A stretch of DNA of 36,204 nucleotides. Source: a virus. A program made the position numbers and the translations under genes. The notes beneath the pieces were generated by a model. The model worked only from the letters and a program-made list of their open reading frames with translations. It was not told where the DNA came from and made no database searches. Location of the stretch: the IMG/VR virus record IMGVR_UViG_3300021399_000310, positions 1 to 36,204 of that record; one strand, written 5' to 3'. Of the stretch, positions 20,901-30,624 are shown piece by piece; position 1 is the first letter of the stretch; every line of letters starts with the position of its first letter.

Positions 20901-22250
20901 ATGCTAACATTTCAGGACTTTCAGGAAAACAGGGACGTGATCGCATTCATCGAGAGAGCACTCGCAGAACATGCGGCAGACCCCCGGGTAAGAATGGCGC
21001 AGATTGCGGACGAATACGACCGCCAAAAGAACACGACGGTCATGAACTATTCGAAAATGCTGTACGAGATGGACGGGCAGGCGCTGGAAGACAGAACGGC
21101 ATCCACGAACCGGATCGCTTCGAACTTTTTCCACCGGCTGAACACCCAGCGAAACACCTATCTGCTCGGAAACGGCGTTTTTTTTCAGGACAAAAAGACG
21201 AAGGAACTGCTGGGCGACTCATTCGACACGGTCATGAAACGGATCGGATACAACGCCCTGAAGCACGGGGTATCGTACGGAATCTGGAACAATGACCGGC
21301 TGTATAATTTCACGATTCACGAATTTATGGGCTTCCCGGACGAGAACACAAGCGCGATCCGGGCAGGCATCCGGTTTTGGCGGCTTGCACCGAATAAGCC
21401 CAGGTGCGTGACACTGTACGAGGAAGACGGGTACACCGAATTCGCGGACAACGGCGACAAACAGCTCGTACAGATTGCGGAGAAACGCGCATACCGTGAG
21501 CGGATCGCACACACAGAGCTCGGCGGTGACGAGATCATCGGGTACGACAACTACTCTGCGCTGCCGATCATCCCGATGTACGGATCTTATCTTCAGCAAT
21601 CAACCCTTGTAGGAATGCGGGCAAAGATCGACGCGTATGACCTGATCGCTTCAGGCTTCGCGAACGACCTCGATGATTGTGCGGAGATCTATTGGCTGCT
21701 GGGCAACGCCGGCGGCATGGATGACGCAGACATGGCGCGTTTCCGGGACAGGCTGAAGTTGCAGCACATCGCCAAAGTCGATCGAGACCAAACTGTCACG
21801 CCGTACACGCAGGAAATCCCGTACACAGCCCGGAAAGAGTTTCTCGACATCATCCGGGCAGGTATTTATGAAGACTTCGGCGGACTTGACGTTCACGCAG
21901 TGGCAGCAGGAGCGACCAACGATCATATCGAAGCGGCATACCAGCCGCTCGATGAAGAGGCGGATGACTTTGAATTTCAGTGCACAGACTTCATAAAGCA
22001 GGTTCTGGCGCTGATCGGAGTCGAGGACGAACCAACATACAAGCGGAACCGGATCAGCAACCAGAGCGAGACCGTAAGCATGGTCATGCAGGCGGCGACA
22101 TACCTTGACGCGGAAACGGTTCTGAAGAAGCTGCCGTTTGTCACGGTTGACGAGGTACAGGACATCCTCAACCGGAAGGACAAAGAGGACGTCGACCGTT
22201 TTGCCGGCATCCAGCAGCAGAGCGAGGAACCGGGTGATATGAATGGCTGA
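20901..22250 (+). CDS. Portal protein (SPP1 gp6-like)
   Basis: Size (449 aa), position after TerL, and an acidic C-terminus. Confidence 0.88.
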   Translation: MLTFQDFQENRDVIAFIERALAEHAADPRVRMAQIADEYDRQKNTTVMNYSKMLYEMDGQALEDRTASTNRIASNFFHRLNTQRNTYLLGNGVFFQDKKTKELLGDSFDTVMKRIGYNALKHGVSYGIWNNDRLYNFTIHEFMGFPDENTSAIRAGIRFWRLAPNKPRCVTLYEEDGYTEFADNGDKQLVQIAEKRAYRERIAHTELGGDEIIGYDNYSALPIIPMYGSYLQQSTLVGMRAKIDAYDLIASGFANDLDDCAEIYWLLGNAGGMDDADMARFRDRLKLQHIAKVDRDQTVTPYTQEIPYTARKEFLDIIRAGIYEDFGGLDVHAVAAGATNDHIEAAYQPLDEEADDFEFQCTDFIKQVLALIGVEDEPTYKRNRISNQSETVSMVMQAATYLDAETVLKKLPFVTVDEVQDILNRKDKEDVDRFAGIQQQSEEPGDMNG

Positions 22251-23253
22251 TGACCGCGGTCACGAACTGACCGACGAAATGATCGAAAAGCTGGAGAAGC
22301 GGATCGAGAAAGAGTATGCGCAGGCATACAAAGAGGTGTCCGAGAAGCTCGAAAAATACATGAAGCGCTTCGAAAAGAAGGACGATCAGAAACGCGCAGC
22401 CATGGAGGCGGGCGAGATTACAAAGGACGAGTACACGAAATGGCGGCACGGGCAGATCATGATGGGCAAGCGCTGGGAGGAGATGCGGGATACACTCGCC
22501 GCAGACCTCGTCACGGTTGACAGCAAGACGCGGTCGATCATCGGCGAGAGCCTTCCGGAAGCGTACGCACTGAACCATGATTATGCGACCTTCGATGTTG
22601 AGCGACAGAGCCTTATAAACACCTCGTACACGCTTTACGACCGGCAGACGGTGGAGAACCTTCTGCGGGATGATGAAACGCTTCTGCCCTATCCCCGGAC
22701 GGAGTCAAAAACGGCGGAGATGCTGCGGGAGCGGATGGATCTTCAGTGGAACCGGCAGAAAATCAGTTCGTCAGTGCTGCAGGGAGTCCTTCAGGGCGAG
22801 CCGATCAGCAAGATCGCAAAACGCCTCAAAACAGTTGTCGGCATGGATAAGGCAGCAGCCGTCCGGAACGCCCGGACGATGATGACGGCAGCCGAGAACA
22901 AGGGCAGAGACGACGCCTGCAACGCGCTGGAGGAAAAGGGCGTAGGTCTTGACCGTGTATGGCTTGCGACCCTAGATGACCGCACCAGAGCCTCGCACAG
23001 GTGGCTGCACGGCGAACGGAGAGACCCGAAGACGGGCAAATATCCGAACGGCTTAGCATACCCGGGTGACCCAATGGGAGCGCCTGCGGAGGTTTACAAC
23101 TGCCGGTGCCGGCAGAGAGCGATGGTCAAAGGCATCCCACACGATATTCCTAAGTATTCTCCCAAGATGGGGTCGATGACTTTCGAAGAATGGCGGGGAG
23201 AGAAGCAGAAAGAACTCGCGGAGGAAATCAGGGAGGACGATAATGCCGAATAA
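22243..23253 (+). CDS. Head morphogenesis protein (SPP1 gp7 / Mu F-like)
   Basis: Sequence LDDRTRASHRWLHGE...YPGDPMGAPAEVYNCRCR. Confidence 0.88.
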   Translation: MADDRGHELTDEMIEKLEKRIEKEYAQAYKEVSEKLEKYMKRFEKKDDQKRAAMEAGEITKDEYTKWRHGQIMMGKRWEEMRDTLAADLVTVDSKTRSIIGESLPEAYALNHDYATFDVERQSLINTSYTLYDRQTVENLLRDDETLLPYPRTESKTAEMLRERMDLQWNRQKISSSVLQGVLQGEPISKIAKRLKTVVGMDKAAAVRNARTMMTAAENKGRDDACNALEEKGVGLDRVWLATLDDRTRASHRWLHGERRDPKTGKYPNGLAYPGDPMGAPAEVYNCRCRQRAMVKGIPHDIPKYSPKMGSMTFEEWRGEKQKELAEEIREDDNAE

Positions 23254-23474
23254 AATGAAATTTTCGCTTTCTTCAAAACTGCCGGAAGTTCTTCAGGCAA
23301 CGGACGAAGCCATTACAACGGCTTTGGAAGCGATCGGAGAACAGGCTGAAGGGAATGTCGCGGACGAGATCACGCGCGTCGGAGCGGTTGATACAGGGCG
23401 TCTGAGGAATTCCATCGACAGCCGGGTCGTTGAAAAAACGGTATACGTCGGCACAAACGTCGAATACGCTCCGT
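23243..23474 (+). CDS. HK97 gp10-family head-tail protein, exon 1
   Basis: Sequence AVDTGRLRNSI...VGTNVEYAP is family-typical up to 23474. After that the track ORF runs into the aberrant tail LTNRRRSTVMCC. Confidence 0.8.
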
Positions 23475-23728
23475 TAACAAACAGGCGGAGAAGCACAGTG
23501 ATGTGCTGTTAGAAAATCGAGCAAAATCGGTGAAAGCTAAACTGGAAGGCAAGCAAACACCGAGGTAACCGGTAGACCACCGGCACCGTAGAGCGTAGGA
23601 GATGAGCGATATGGAAGCAATAATTCTCCCAAGAGTGCTCGACTCTCAGAAATGAGATGATGATGTACGCCGACCTCATGGGAAACCATGAGAAGCAGAG
23701 GATAAAAAGCCTTTGCGATAACAAAGTG
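23475..23728 (+). ncRNA. Group I self-splicing intron (IA-like, no ORF), 254 nt
   Basis: The last exon nucleotide U23474 forms a G-U pair in P1 (23469-74 / 23485-90). P2 is 23492-97 / 23502-07 with a GUGA loop. P3 is 23517-22 / 23637-42. J3/4 is AAAA. P4 is 23527-32 / 23558-63. P6 is 23564-72 / 23580-87. P7 is 23593-97 / 23666-70. P7.1 is 23598-602 / 23625-29. P8 is 23644-48 / 23653-57 with a GAAA loop. P9 is 23675-81 / 23686-92 with a GAAA loop. The terminal nucleotide is G23728. Confidence 0.8.
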
Positions 23729-23850
23729 ATGTCGAACTCGGCACCGTAAAAATGGCAGCGAGACCGTATCTCAGACCGGGCATGGAAAACAATCTCAGAG
23801 AATACCAGGACATATTGGTTGAAGTGCTAAAAAGCCAAATGAAACGATAA
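23729..23850 (+). CDS. HK97 gp10-family head-tail protein, exon 2
   Basis: Splicing gives ...NVEYAP-Y-VELGTVKMAARPYLRP..., restoring the family motif and the reading frame. The spliced product is 117 aa. Confidence 0.8.
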
Positions 23851-23853
23851 AGA

Positions 23854-23876
23854 CGTCGGATGGATCCGGCGTTTTT
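23854..23876 (+). terminator. Rho-independent terminator
   Basis: Stem CGTCGGA / TCCGGCG (one G-U pair), then TTTTT. Confidence 0.65.
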
Positions 23877-23948
23877 ATATGCCCAAAGAACAGGGCAAAA
23901 AAACGACATTTGTCGAAGAAATGACACCGACGAAGAACAGGAGGAAAA

Positions 23949-24542
23949 ATGGCGTTAACACGAAGCATGCTGAAAGGCATGAACCTCACCGACGAACAGG
24001 TGAGCGCGATCATCGAGGAACACACGAACACTATCGACGGACTGAAGGCAGACAGGGACAGATACAAAGCGGAAGCGGCGAAAGTTCCGGATCTGCAGAA
24101 GAAAATCGATGCATACGCTTCCGGCGATGATTGGCAGAAGAAGTACAACGACGAAAAAAAGGCGTTCGACGACTACAAGAAGGCAATCGCCGGCAAAGAA
24201 CAGCTGGCAAAGGTTCAGAGCGCATACAAAGCGCTGCTGAAGTCTTCGGGAGTAGACGAAAAGCGCATCGATTCTATCGTCAAGGTCACGGACTTCGCAG
24301 ACCTTAAACTCAACGAAAAGGGCGAGTTTGACAACGCCGAAGAACTGACCAAGAACATCCGATCCGAATGGTCTGGGTTCATCGTTTCACAGGGAACAAA
24401 AGGCGCAGACATTAAAACGCCGCCCGGAAACACAGGCGCAACGATGACCAGAGAGCAGATCATGAAGATCAAAGACGGAGCAGAGCGGAGAAAGGCAATC
24501 GCCGAGAACCCGTCCCTGTTCGGTTTAAGCAGCGCAGAATAA
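23949..24542 (+). CDS. Scaffolding protein (GP20/DUF4355-like)
   Basis: AGGAGG RBS. Helical and K/E/D-rich. Immediately upstream of the capsid gene. Confidence 0.82.
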   Translation: MALTRSMLKGMNLTDEQVSAIIEEHTNTIDGLKADRDRYKAEAAKVPDLQKKIDAYASGDDWQKKYNDEKKAFDDYKKAIAGKEQLAKVQSAYKALLKSSGVDEKRIDSIVKVTDFADLKLNEKGEFDNAEELTKNIRSEWSGFIVSQGTKGADIKTPPGNTGATMTREQIMKIKDGAERRKAIAENPSLFGLSSAE

Positions 24543-24560
24543 GCGCAGGAAAGGAAAATC

Positions 24561-25433
24561 ATGGCAGACGCAAAACTCATTAAAAAGGCAGACCTCGCGC
24601 GCGTTCGTGAGGTAGACTTCACGCTTCAGTTTACAGAATCCGTCAAGAAGCTGACGGAAGCGCTGGGTGTTACCCGCAAGATTCCGAAGCAGGCAGGCGC
24701 ACAGCTGAAGATTTACACAGCGACAGGCACACTTGAAAACGGCGCAGTCGCAGAAGGCGACGTCATTCCGCTGTCCAAATATTCCACAGTCGGAACACCG
24801 GTCGGCGAAATCACTCTGCTGAAGTGGCGGAAGGCAACATCCGCAGAGGCGATCATCGACCGCGGATATGATCAGGCAGTTGCACAGACAACCGACCGCA
24901 TGCTGAAGGACGTACAGAAGAACATCCGTAAGAATTTCTTCGACTTCCTCGCGGATCTTGAAAACACAACACCGGCAACAGGCGCAGGTCTGCAGGCAGC
25001 ACTTGCGCAGGGCTGGGGCAAGCTGCAGGTACTCTTTGAGGATGACGAGATTGAGAACGTATTCTTCATGAATCCGCAGGATGTTGCTGACTACCTCGGC
25101 ACAGCGCAGGTCACAGTGCAGACTGCTTTCGGCATGTCCTACATTGAGAACTTCCTCGGTCTGGGCACAGTTATCATGAACAGCTCTGTAACTGCCGGCA
25201 CATTCTTCGCAACAGCGAAGGACAACATCGTTCTGTACTATGTACCGGCAAACGGCGCAGATCTGGACGAAGTCTTCAATTTCACAGCGGATGAAACCGG
25301 TTATATCGGCATTCACGAGGAACCGGACTACTCCAACATGACAGCAGTCAACACCGTCGTGAACGGCATGAAGCTGCTGGTCGAACGTGCTGACGGCGTT
25401 GTCTCCGGCACGATCACAAAAGCGGGGGAATAA
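24561..25433 (+). CDS. Major capsid protein
   Basis: 290 aa, follows the scaffold gene, composition consistent with an HK97-fold siphovirus capsid protein. Confidence 0.88.
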   Translation: MADAKLIKKADLARVREVDFTLQFTESVKKLTEALGVTRKIPKQAGAQLKIYTATGTLENGAVAEGDVIPLSKYSTVGTPVGEITLLKWRKATSAEAIIDRGYDQAVAQTTDRMLKDVQKNIRKNFFDFLADLENTTPATGAGLQAALAQGWGKLQVLFEDDEIENVFFMNPQDVADYLGTAQVTVQTAFGMSYIENFLGLGTVIMNSSVTAGTFFATAKDNIVLYYVPANGADLDEVFNFTADETGYIGIHEEPDYSNMTAVNTVVNGMKLLVERADGVVSGTITKAGE

Positions 25434-25486
25434 CTGAGTTACTGAACAGTTCCGCACCCAATAGAGAAGAAGTCCCGCTGGAGTCA

Positions 25487-25591
25487 ATGACGAAGGCGGG
25501 GCTGCTTTCGTATGCAGAGGAAAACGGCATAACGGGTGTCAGTAGCTCGATGAAAAAGGCGGACATTTTGGCAGCAATAACGGAGGCGTAA
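25487..25591 (+). CDS. Small Rho-N/SAP (HeH)-like protein
   Basis: Sequence MTKAGLLSYAEENGITGVSSSMKKADILAAITEA. Hand-translated. The start is uncertain because the frame is open further upstream. Confidence 0.45.
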   Translation: MTKAGLLSYAEENGITGVSSSMKKADILAAITEA

Positions 25592-25594
25592 AAC

Positions 25595-26047
25595 ATGGAA
25601 AACTTAATGGACGAATTTTGCGCGACCGTTCACAACTACTTCGAAATTCGCGGCGGCGCGCATCGTGGCACTTTCACGATCGAGAACGGAGCGATCCGGG
25701 CTGACTTCCTGCGGGAGAACCAGTACTTTCGCGTGCTCGGATCTGTATTCAATGACGGGGTTCACAAATACCCGGCGAAAGACATGACGGACGAGACTTT
25801 CACAGGAACGGTTATCGAAATGGCAGTCCCGCCGTCTGTTTTGGCATTCCTCGCAGACGTTGAGGTATGGCTGGAAGAATACGGCGACGTTTCCGGCGCG
25901 AACTACTCACCGTACACATCGGAGAGTTTCAACAACTACAGCTATTCAAAGGGAACGGTATCCAGAGCGACCGGGACATCCGGAACCCCTATGACATGGA
26001 AAGACGCGTTTGCTGATCGTCTGACGCGCTGGAGGAAAATCGGATGA
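25595..26047 (+). CDS. Head-tail connector/adaptor protein
   Basis: Position, plus the motifs QYFRVLGSVFNDGV and SESFNNYSYSK seen in siphovirus connector genes (from memory). Confidence 0.6.
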   Translation: MENLMDEFCATVHNYFEIRGGAHRGTFTIENGAIRADFLRENQYFRVLGSVFNDGVHKYPAKDMTDETFTGTVIEMAVPPSVLAFLADVEVWLEEYGDVSGANYSPYTSESFNNYSYSKGTVSRATGTSGTPMTWKDAFADRLTRWRKIG

Positions 26048-26391
26048 GACTCTTCGAAAGCATGATGGAAACCTGCGTATTTATGGAGAAGCGCCGTGTC
26101 CCGGATGGGATGGGAGGAATCGTCCTGGAATGGGAAGAAGGGGCGGAATTCCCGGCGGCGATCGGCAAGGACTCGACCACAGCGGGCAGAGTTGCCGAGA
26201 AGGAAGGAGTCTCTGAGATTTACACCGTGACAGTCTATAAAGGGCTGCCGCTTTCGCCGTTTGACGTTTTCAAAAGGAAACGGGACGGGAAGGTGTTCAG
26301 AGTGACTTCGGACATCATCGACAACGAATCACCGCAGCCGGCGAGCTTCCATATCGGGCAGGTATCGGCGGAGGCATACACCCTTGAATGA
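26044..26391 (+). CDS. Head closure / head-tail adaptor protein
   Basis: Position and size. ATGA coupling. Confidence 0.6.
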   Translation: MRLFESMMETCVFMEKRRVPDGMGGIVLEWEEGAEFPAAIGKDSTTAGRVAEKEGVSEIYTVTVYKGLPLSPFDVFKRKRDGKVFRVTSDIIDNESPQPASFHIGQVSAEAYTLE

Positions 26392-26755
26392 TCGCATGAC
26401 GATCATCGCGGAGGCGCTGTACAACTTCTGGTCATCGTTCGGGCTGCCTGCGTTCGTCGAAAACGCTGTCCCGGATGATCAGGAACTTCCGTACATAACC
26501 TACCGGCTGGCGTTTCCTGAATGGCGGTCGCAAATGTCGATCTACGGGACGGTATGGGTCAGAAGCACTTCATACGCGCCGCTGGCAAACATCGTGAACA
26601 CGATCGACATGAAACTCGGGGAAGGGCTGCAACTCGAAACCGAGCGCGGGGTGATCTTCCTGTACAAGGACATCAACTTCGCGCAAATTCAGCCGCAGGA
26701 CGATCTGTCCGTAAAGGCGGCATATCTCAGCCTCATCTTAGAGGCGGACGTATAA
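26384..26755 (+). CDS. Tail completion/terminator-like protein
   Basis: Position. Probable TTG start, 10 nt after a GGAGG. Confidence 0.55.
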   Translation: MNDRMTIIAEALYNFWSSFGLPAFVENAVPDDQELPYITYRLAFPEWRSQMSIYGTVWVRSTSYAPLANIVNTIDMKLGEGLQLETERGVIFLYKDINFAQIQPQDDLSVKAAYLSLILEADV

Positions 26756-26765
26756 GGAGGAAACA

Positions 26766-27329
26766 ATGGGAAGAAAATACACACAGATCCCGGCGGATAC
26801 GTTTGAAAATCTTCAGCTGAACGCCGGTATCATCGTTGATGAATTCACCCCGGCGACAGGCGTGATCGGCAATCAGCTGGGCGCGACATCTGGCGGTCTG
26901 AATTTCACCCACACCCACGAATTCGTAGATCTGGGCGAAGATATTGACAACTGCCCGAAAAATACGAAAGAGCTGAAGCAGATCAGTTCAACAGAGTCCA
27001 AGCTGAGCGGCACGATGCTTACCATGAATGCCGCAACGGCTCAGCGGCTCATGATCGCCGACATCGACTCGTCAGATACGACAAAGATCGTCCCGAAGAA
27101 CGTTCTGGCGGATGCAGACTTTGACGACATCTGGTGGGTGGGTGACTACGGCGCAAACGGCAGCATCGCGATCCATATGAAGAACGCGCTGTCTACTGCC
27201 GGCTTTGCGATTCAGTCAACAGACAAGGGCAAAGGTCAGTTTGCCTTCGAATTCACCGCGCATTACAGCATCGCAGAACCGGACGAGGTTCCGGTCGAGG
27301 TATTCATCTCACAGGGAGCGAACTCGTAA
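26766..27329 (+). CDS. Major tail protein
   Basis: AAGGAGG RBS. 187 aa, immediately upstream of the chaperone pair. Confidence 0.8.
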   Translation: MGRKYTQIPADTFENLQLNAGIIVDEFTPATGVIGNQLGATSGGLNFTHTHEFVDLGEDIDNCPKNTKELKQISSTESKLSGTMLTMNAATAQRLMIADIDSSDTTKIVPKNVLADADFDDIWWVGDYGANGSIAIHMKNALSTAGFAIQSTDKGKGQFAFEFTAHYSIAEPDEVPVEVFISQGANS

Positions 27330-27332
27330 AAG

Positions 27333-27692
27333 ATGAAAAGATTGTCGGATTTTAAAAACGAGGAGGCAATTGACCTCCTCGCCGACATTCTGGAGCCGGC
27401 GGCGGAGATCGTCACAGACCAGAATGTCGTTGCAGAATTCAGAAACGGAAACAAAATCCGGGCATGCGCTCAGATGATCAAAGAGCACAAAACAGCAGTC
27501 GTCCGGATTCTGGCAGCAATGGACGGAAAAGAACCGGAGAACTATGAATTCGGTTTTTTCACACTTCCCAGCCGGGTTCTTGAAGTCATCAACGACGAAG
27601 AACTGCAGGCTTTTTTTACCTCGCGGCAGATCGAGAATTTAGACAGCAATTTTGGATCTGCTCAGGAGACTACAGAGGCAGCAGAAGAATAA
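27333..27692 (+). CDS. Tail assembly chaperone (G-like)
   Basis: Acidic C-terminus. Position between the major tail protein and the tape measure. Confidence 0.75.
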   Translation: MKRLSDFKNEEAIDLLADILEPAAEIVTDQNVVAEFRNGNKIRACAQMIKEHKTAVVRILAAMDGKEPENYEFGFFTLPSRVLEVINDEELQAFFTSRQIENLDSNFGSAQETTEAAEE

Positions 27693-27940
27693 AACCGTTT
27701 GTGCGCTATGTGATCGCCAAATTCGAAGCGGCACAGCGCGAAGCGGTTTATCGGATATATGTGACGGATACCCTGTACTACTACATCACGGCAAACAAAG
27801 CCGTGAAGAAACGGTACTGCGAGATCGCCGGGTATTCGGGCGAACCGAAAGCGGACGACAGAACCGCTGAGGAGATCGCGGCGGACGTGATCAGGCGGAA
27901 CGGACTCATCCGCAAGGAGGCTGAAGATGAACGTATTTGA
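27611..27940 (+). CDS. Tail assembly chaperone extension (GT-like), reached by -1 frameshift at T7 (27611-27617)
   Basis: The heptamer U_UUU_UUU sits in the zero frame (GCT TTT TTT). The -1 frame is open from 27584 to 27940 and contains track ORF 27701..27940, which has only a GTG start and no RBS. Confidence 0.65.
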   Translation, partial: FFYLAADREFRQQFWICSGDYRGSRRIKPFVRYVIAKFEAAQREAVYRIYVTDTLYYYITANKAVKKRYCEIAGYSGEPKADDRTAEEIAADVIRRNGLIRKEAEDERI

Positions 27941-29915
27941 AATGGTGGCGACGCTTGTCCTTGATTCGGACAAATTCAAGGACGGGCTCGCTGAATCTGA
28001 AAAGACAGCGTCCGGATTCGGTGACAAGCTGGGCGGTCTGCTCGGCGCAGCCGGCAAGTTTGCGGCAGTATCAGCCGGCGCAGTAACAGCAGCCGGCGGA
28101 GCGGTTGCGGCTTTCGGCAAGGAAGCGGTCGACAGCTACGCAAGTTTTGAGCAGCTGTCCGGAGGTGTTTCCAAGCTCTTCGGAGATGCATCGGCGGACA
28201 TTCTGGAGTATGCACAGAACGCCTACAGAACTTCGGGCATGTCTGCGAACGCTTACCTCGAAACGGCGACCAGCTTCTCTGCGTCACTGATCAAATCGCT
28301 AAATGGTGACACGGCAGAGGCGGCAAGGATCACAGACATCGCCATGCAGGCAATGTCGGACAACGTGAACACATTCGGAACCGATATGGCATCGGTTCAG
28401 AATACATTCTCCGGGCTTTCAAAACAGAATTACACGATGCTCGATAACCTTAAATTGGGGTACGCAGGCACGGCGCAGGGCATGGTCGACCTGATCAATG
28501 ATTCGGGAGTCCTCGGGAGAACTCTGACGGACACCTCCGAGCTCGGTGAAGTTGGTTTTGCAAACATGATCCTAGCGATCCAAGCGGTTCAGGAACAGCA
28601 GCGGATCGCCGGCACGACAGCCAAGGAAGCGATGACAACCATCGAAGGCAGCGCAACCGCAACAAAAGCAGCGTGGGAAAATGTTATTTTGGCAATCGGC
28701 AACGGGGAAGGGCTGTCTGAGGCAATCGACAGTCTGATCGGCGCGATCTTCGGAGAAGAAGAGGGCGAAGGTCTTCTGAATCAGCTGATACCGACCATCC
28801 AGAGAGTAATGGAAGGAATCGGTCAGTTTATCGTGGAAGCGGCACCGTTCATTTCCGGGAAACTGCCAGAGCTGATTCTTGCAATTATTCCGCCGCTTTT
28901 TGAAGCAGCGATGTCATTGCTTTCATCGCTGGCAACAGAGCTTCCAATACTTGTGTCGACGATCTTCCCGACCTTCGTTGAGAACGGTCTGAGTCTGCTG
29001 AACAAACTGTCAGAAGGCTTCCGGACGGGCATCCCATCGTTCCTGTCTGAGGCGCTGCCAATGCTTCTGTCTTTCACAGAGGAACTGCGCAGCAACTTCG
29101 GAACGATCGTGGACTCTGGCATTGAAACGCTGCTGTCATTCGTGGACGGCTTAGTCGATGCAATGCCGGATCTGATCGCCTATGTGCCGAACATCATCAC
29201 AAACATCGCGCGGCTGATCAACGACAACGCGCCGAAGATCATCCGGGCGGGCTTTGAGATCATCGGCAAACTGATCATGGGCATCATAAACAATGTTCCG
29301 AACTTGCTGGCAAACTTTGGCAGCATCCTCGAAGCGGTATGGAATGTCATCACGGCGGTCAATTGGATCAGCCTCGGTTCACAGGTCATCGGCTGGATCA
29401 CAAGCGGCGTCAAAAACCTCGCGGCGAGTCTGCCGGGAGCGCTGAAGAATATCGCACAAAACGGATGGAATGCTGTAAAGAACATTGACTGGAAGGGCAT
29501 CGGATCGAACATCATACATGGTATCGTCGCGGGTATTAAGAACTTCGGCGGAGCGATCGGCGAAACGCTTCTCGGCTTTGCCCGGGATGCATGGAAGAGC
29601 GTGAAGAGCTTCTTCGGCATTTCCTCGCCGTCAAAACTCATGCGGGACACGATCGGTAAATTCATTCCGGAAGGAATCGCGGTCGGCATCGATGCAAATG
29701 CGGACAGCGTTTACGATGCGATGAACGATCTGTCAAACATGACGGTCGATGCATACAATCCAGAGGTCGAAGCGCCGGCAGTAAATGGCGGCAAAGGCGG
29801 AACGTACACAATTAACGTCTACCCTTCCGAAGGCATGGACGAAGAGACGCTGGCAAGGCGTGTCGGTCAGATCATCGCAGAGCAGCAGGAGAGAGGAGAG
29901 GTGGTATATGCGTAA
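27927..29915 (+). CDS. Tape measure protein
   Basis: 662 aa, A/G/I/L-rich and helical. Canonical position. Confidence 0.92.
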   Translation: MNVFEMVATLVLDSDKFKDGLAESEKTASGFGDKLGGLLGAAGKFAAVSAGAVTAAGGAVAAFGKEAVDSYASFEQLSGGVSKLFGDASADILEYAQNAYRTSGMSANAYLETATSFSASLIKSLNGDTAEAARITDIAMQAMSDNVNTFGTDMASVQNTFSGLSKQNYTMLDNLKLGYAGTAQGMVDLINDSGVLGRTLTDTSELGEVGFANMILAIQAVQEQQRIAGTTAKEAMTTIEGSATATKAAWENVILAIGNGEGLSEAIDSLIGAIFGEEEGEGLLNQLIPTIQRVMEGIGQFIVEAAPFISGKLPELILAIIPPLFEAAMSLLSSLATELPILVSTIFPTFVENGLSLLNKLSEGFRTGIPSFLSEALPMLLSFTEELRSNFGTIVDSGIETLLSFVDGLVDAMPDLIAYVPNIITNIARLINDNAPKIIRAGFEIIGKLIMGIINNVPNLLANFGSILEAVWNVITAVNWISLGSQVIGWITSGVKNLAASLPGALKNIAQNGWNAVKNIDWKGIGSNIIHGIVAGIKNFGGAIGETLLGFARDAWKSVKSFFGISSPSKLMRDTIGKFIPEGIAVGIDANADSVYDAMNDLSNMTVDAYNPEVEAPAVNGGKGGTYTINVYPSEGMDEETLARRVGQIIAEQQERGEVVYA

Positions 29916-30624
29916 TATCGGCAACCTGAGAATCGGAAACATATCTCTCGCAGATTACAAAGCGATGGTCACGAATGCGGGGCTTTTTAAATTCATCAAC
30001 CGGGAAGCGGTTGTGTATCATGTCCCGGGCAAAAACGGTGACCTCGTCTATGACAACGGAAACTATGAAAACGAGCCGGTTGAATACCCGGCTTTTATTT
30101 ATGAAGATTTTGAACGGAATTTTCCCCGTCTGCGTTCTCAGCTTTCGAGAATGCAGGCGGATTATTTCCGTATTTCTGACGAGTTTATCACAGATCAGTT
30201 CCGCCTCGGACGGCTGGAAACGATCAGCAACATAAAATTCACACCGGGAGCGGAAAAAGGGTCGTTTGTTCTGGCTTTCAGCTGCAAACCGCAGATCTTC
30301 CTGACCTCAGGAGAAGCGGCGGTGAGTTTCACAGCAGACGGCACGATCAGCAACCCGACGGCTTTCGAATCGAAGCCGCTGATCCGGATTTACGGCACAG
30401 GAACGGCGACAATCGGAAACACACAGGTCACGATCAGCACCGCCGACGGATACACGGACATTGACTCGGAGACGATGGTCTGCTGCAAAGGCACGGTCGA
30501 CTGCTCTGATCATGTCAGCATGACCGGGAACAACTTCCCGACGCTGGCTGCCGGCAATAACGCCGTCCGGCTTGGTACCGGAATTACCCAGGTCAAAATA
30601 ACTCCGAGGTGGTGGACGAGATGA
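29908..30624 (+). CDS. Distal tail protein (Dit, siphovirus tail family)
   Basis: ATG 29908 overlaps the tape-measure stop. Position and size. Confidence 0.8.
   Translation: MRNIGNLRIGNISLADYKAMVTNAGLFKFINREAVVYHVPGKNGDLVYDNGNYENEPVEYPAFIYEDFERNFPRLRSQLSRMQADYFRISDEFITDQFRLGRLETISNIKFTPGAEKGSFVLAFSCKPQIFLTSGEAAVSFTADGTISNPTAFESKPLIRIYGTGTATIGNTQVTISTADGYTDIDSETMVCCKGTVDCSDHVSMTGNNFPTLAAGNNAVRLGTGITQVKITPRWWTR

Noticed and set aside
24525-25487. 320-aa minus-strand ORF antisense to the major capsid gene.
   Set aside because: It is Cys/Arg-rich nonsense composition, has no RBS, and lies fully inside a well-supported + strand capsid gene. It is a typical shadow ORF of GC-rich coding DNA.
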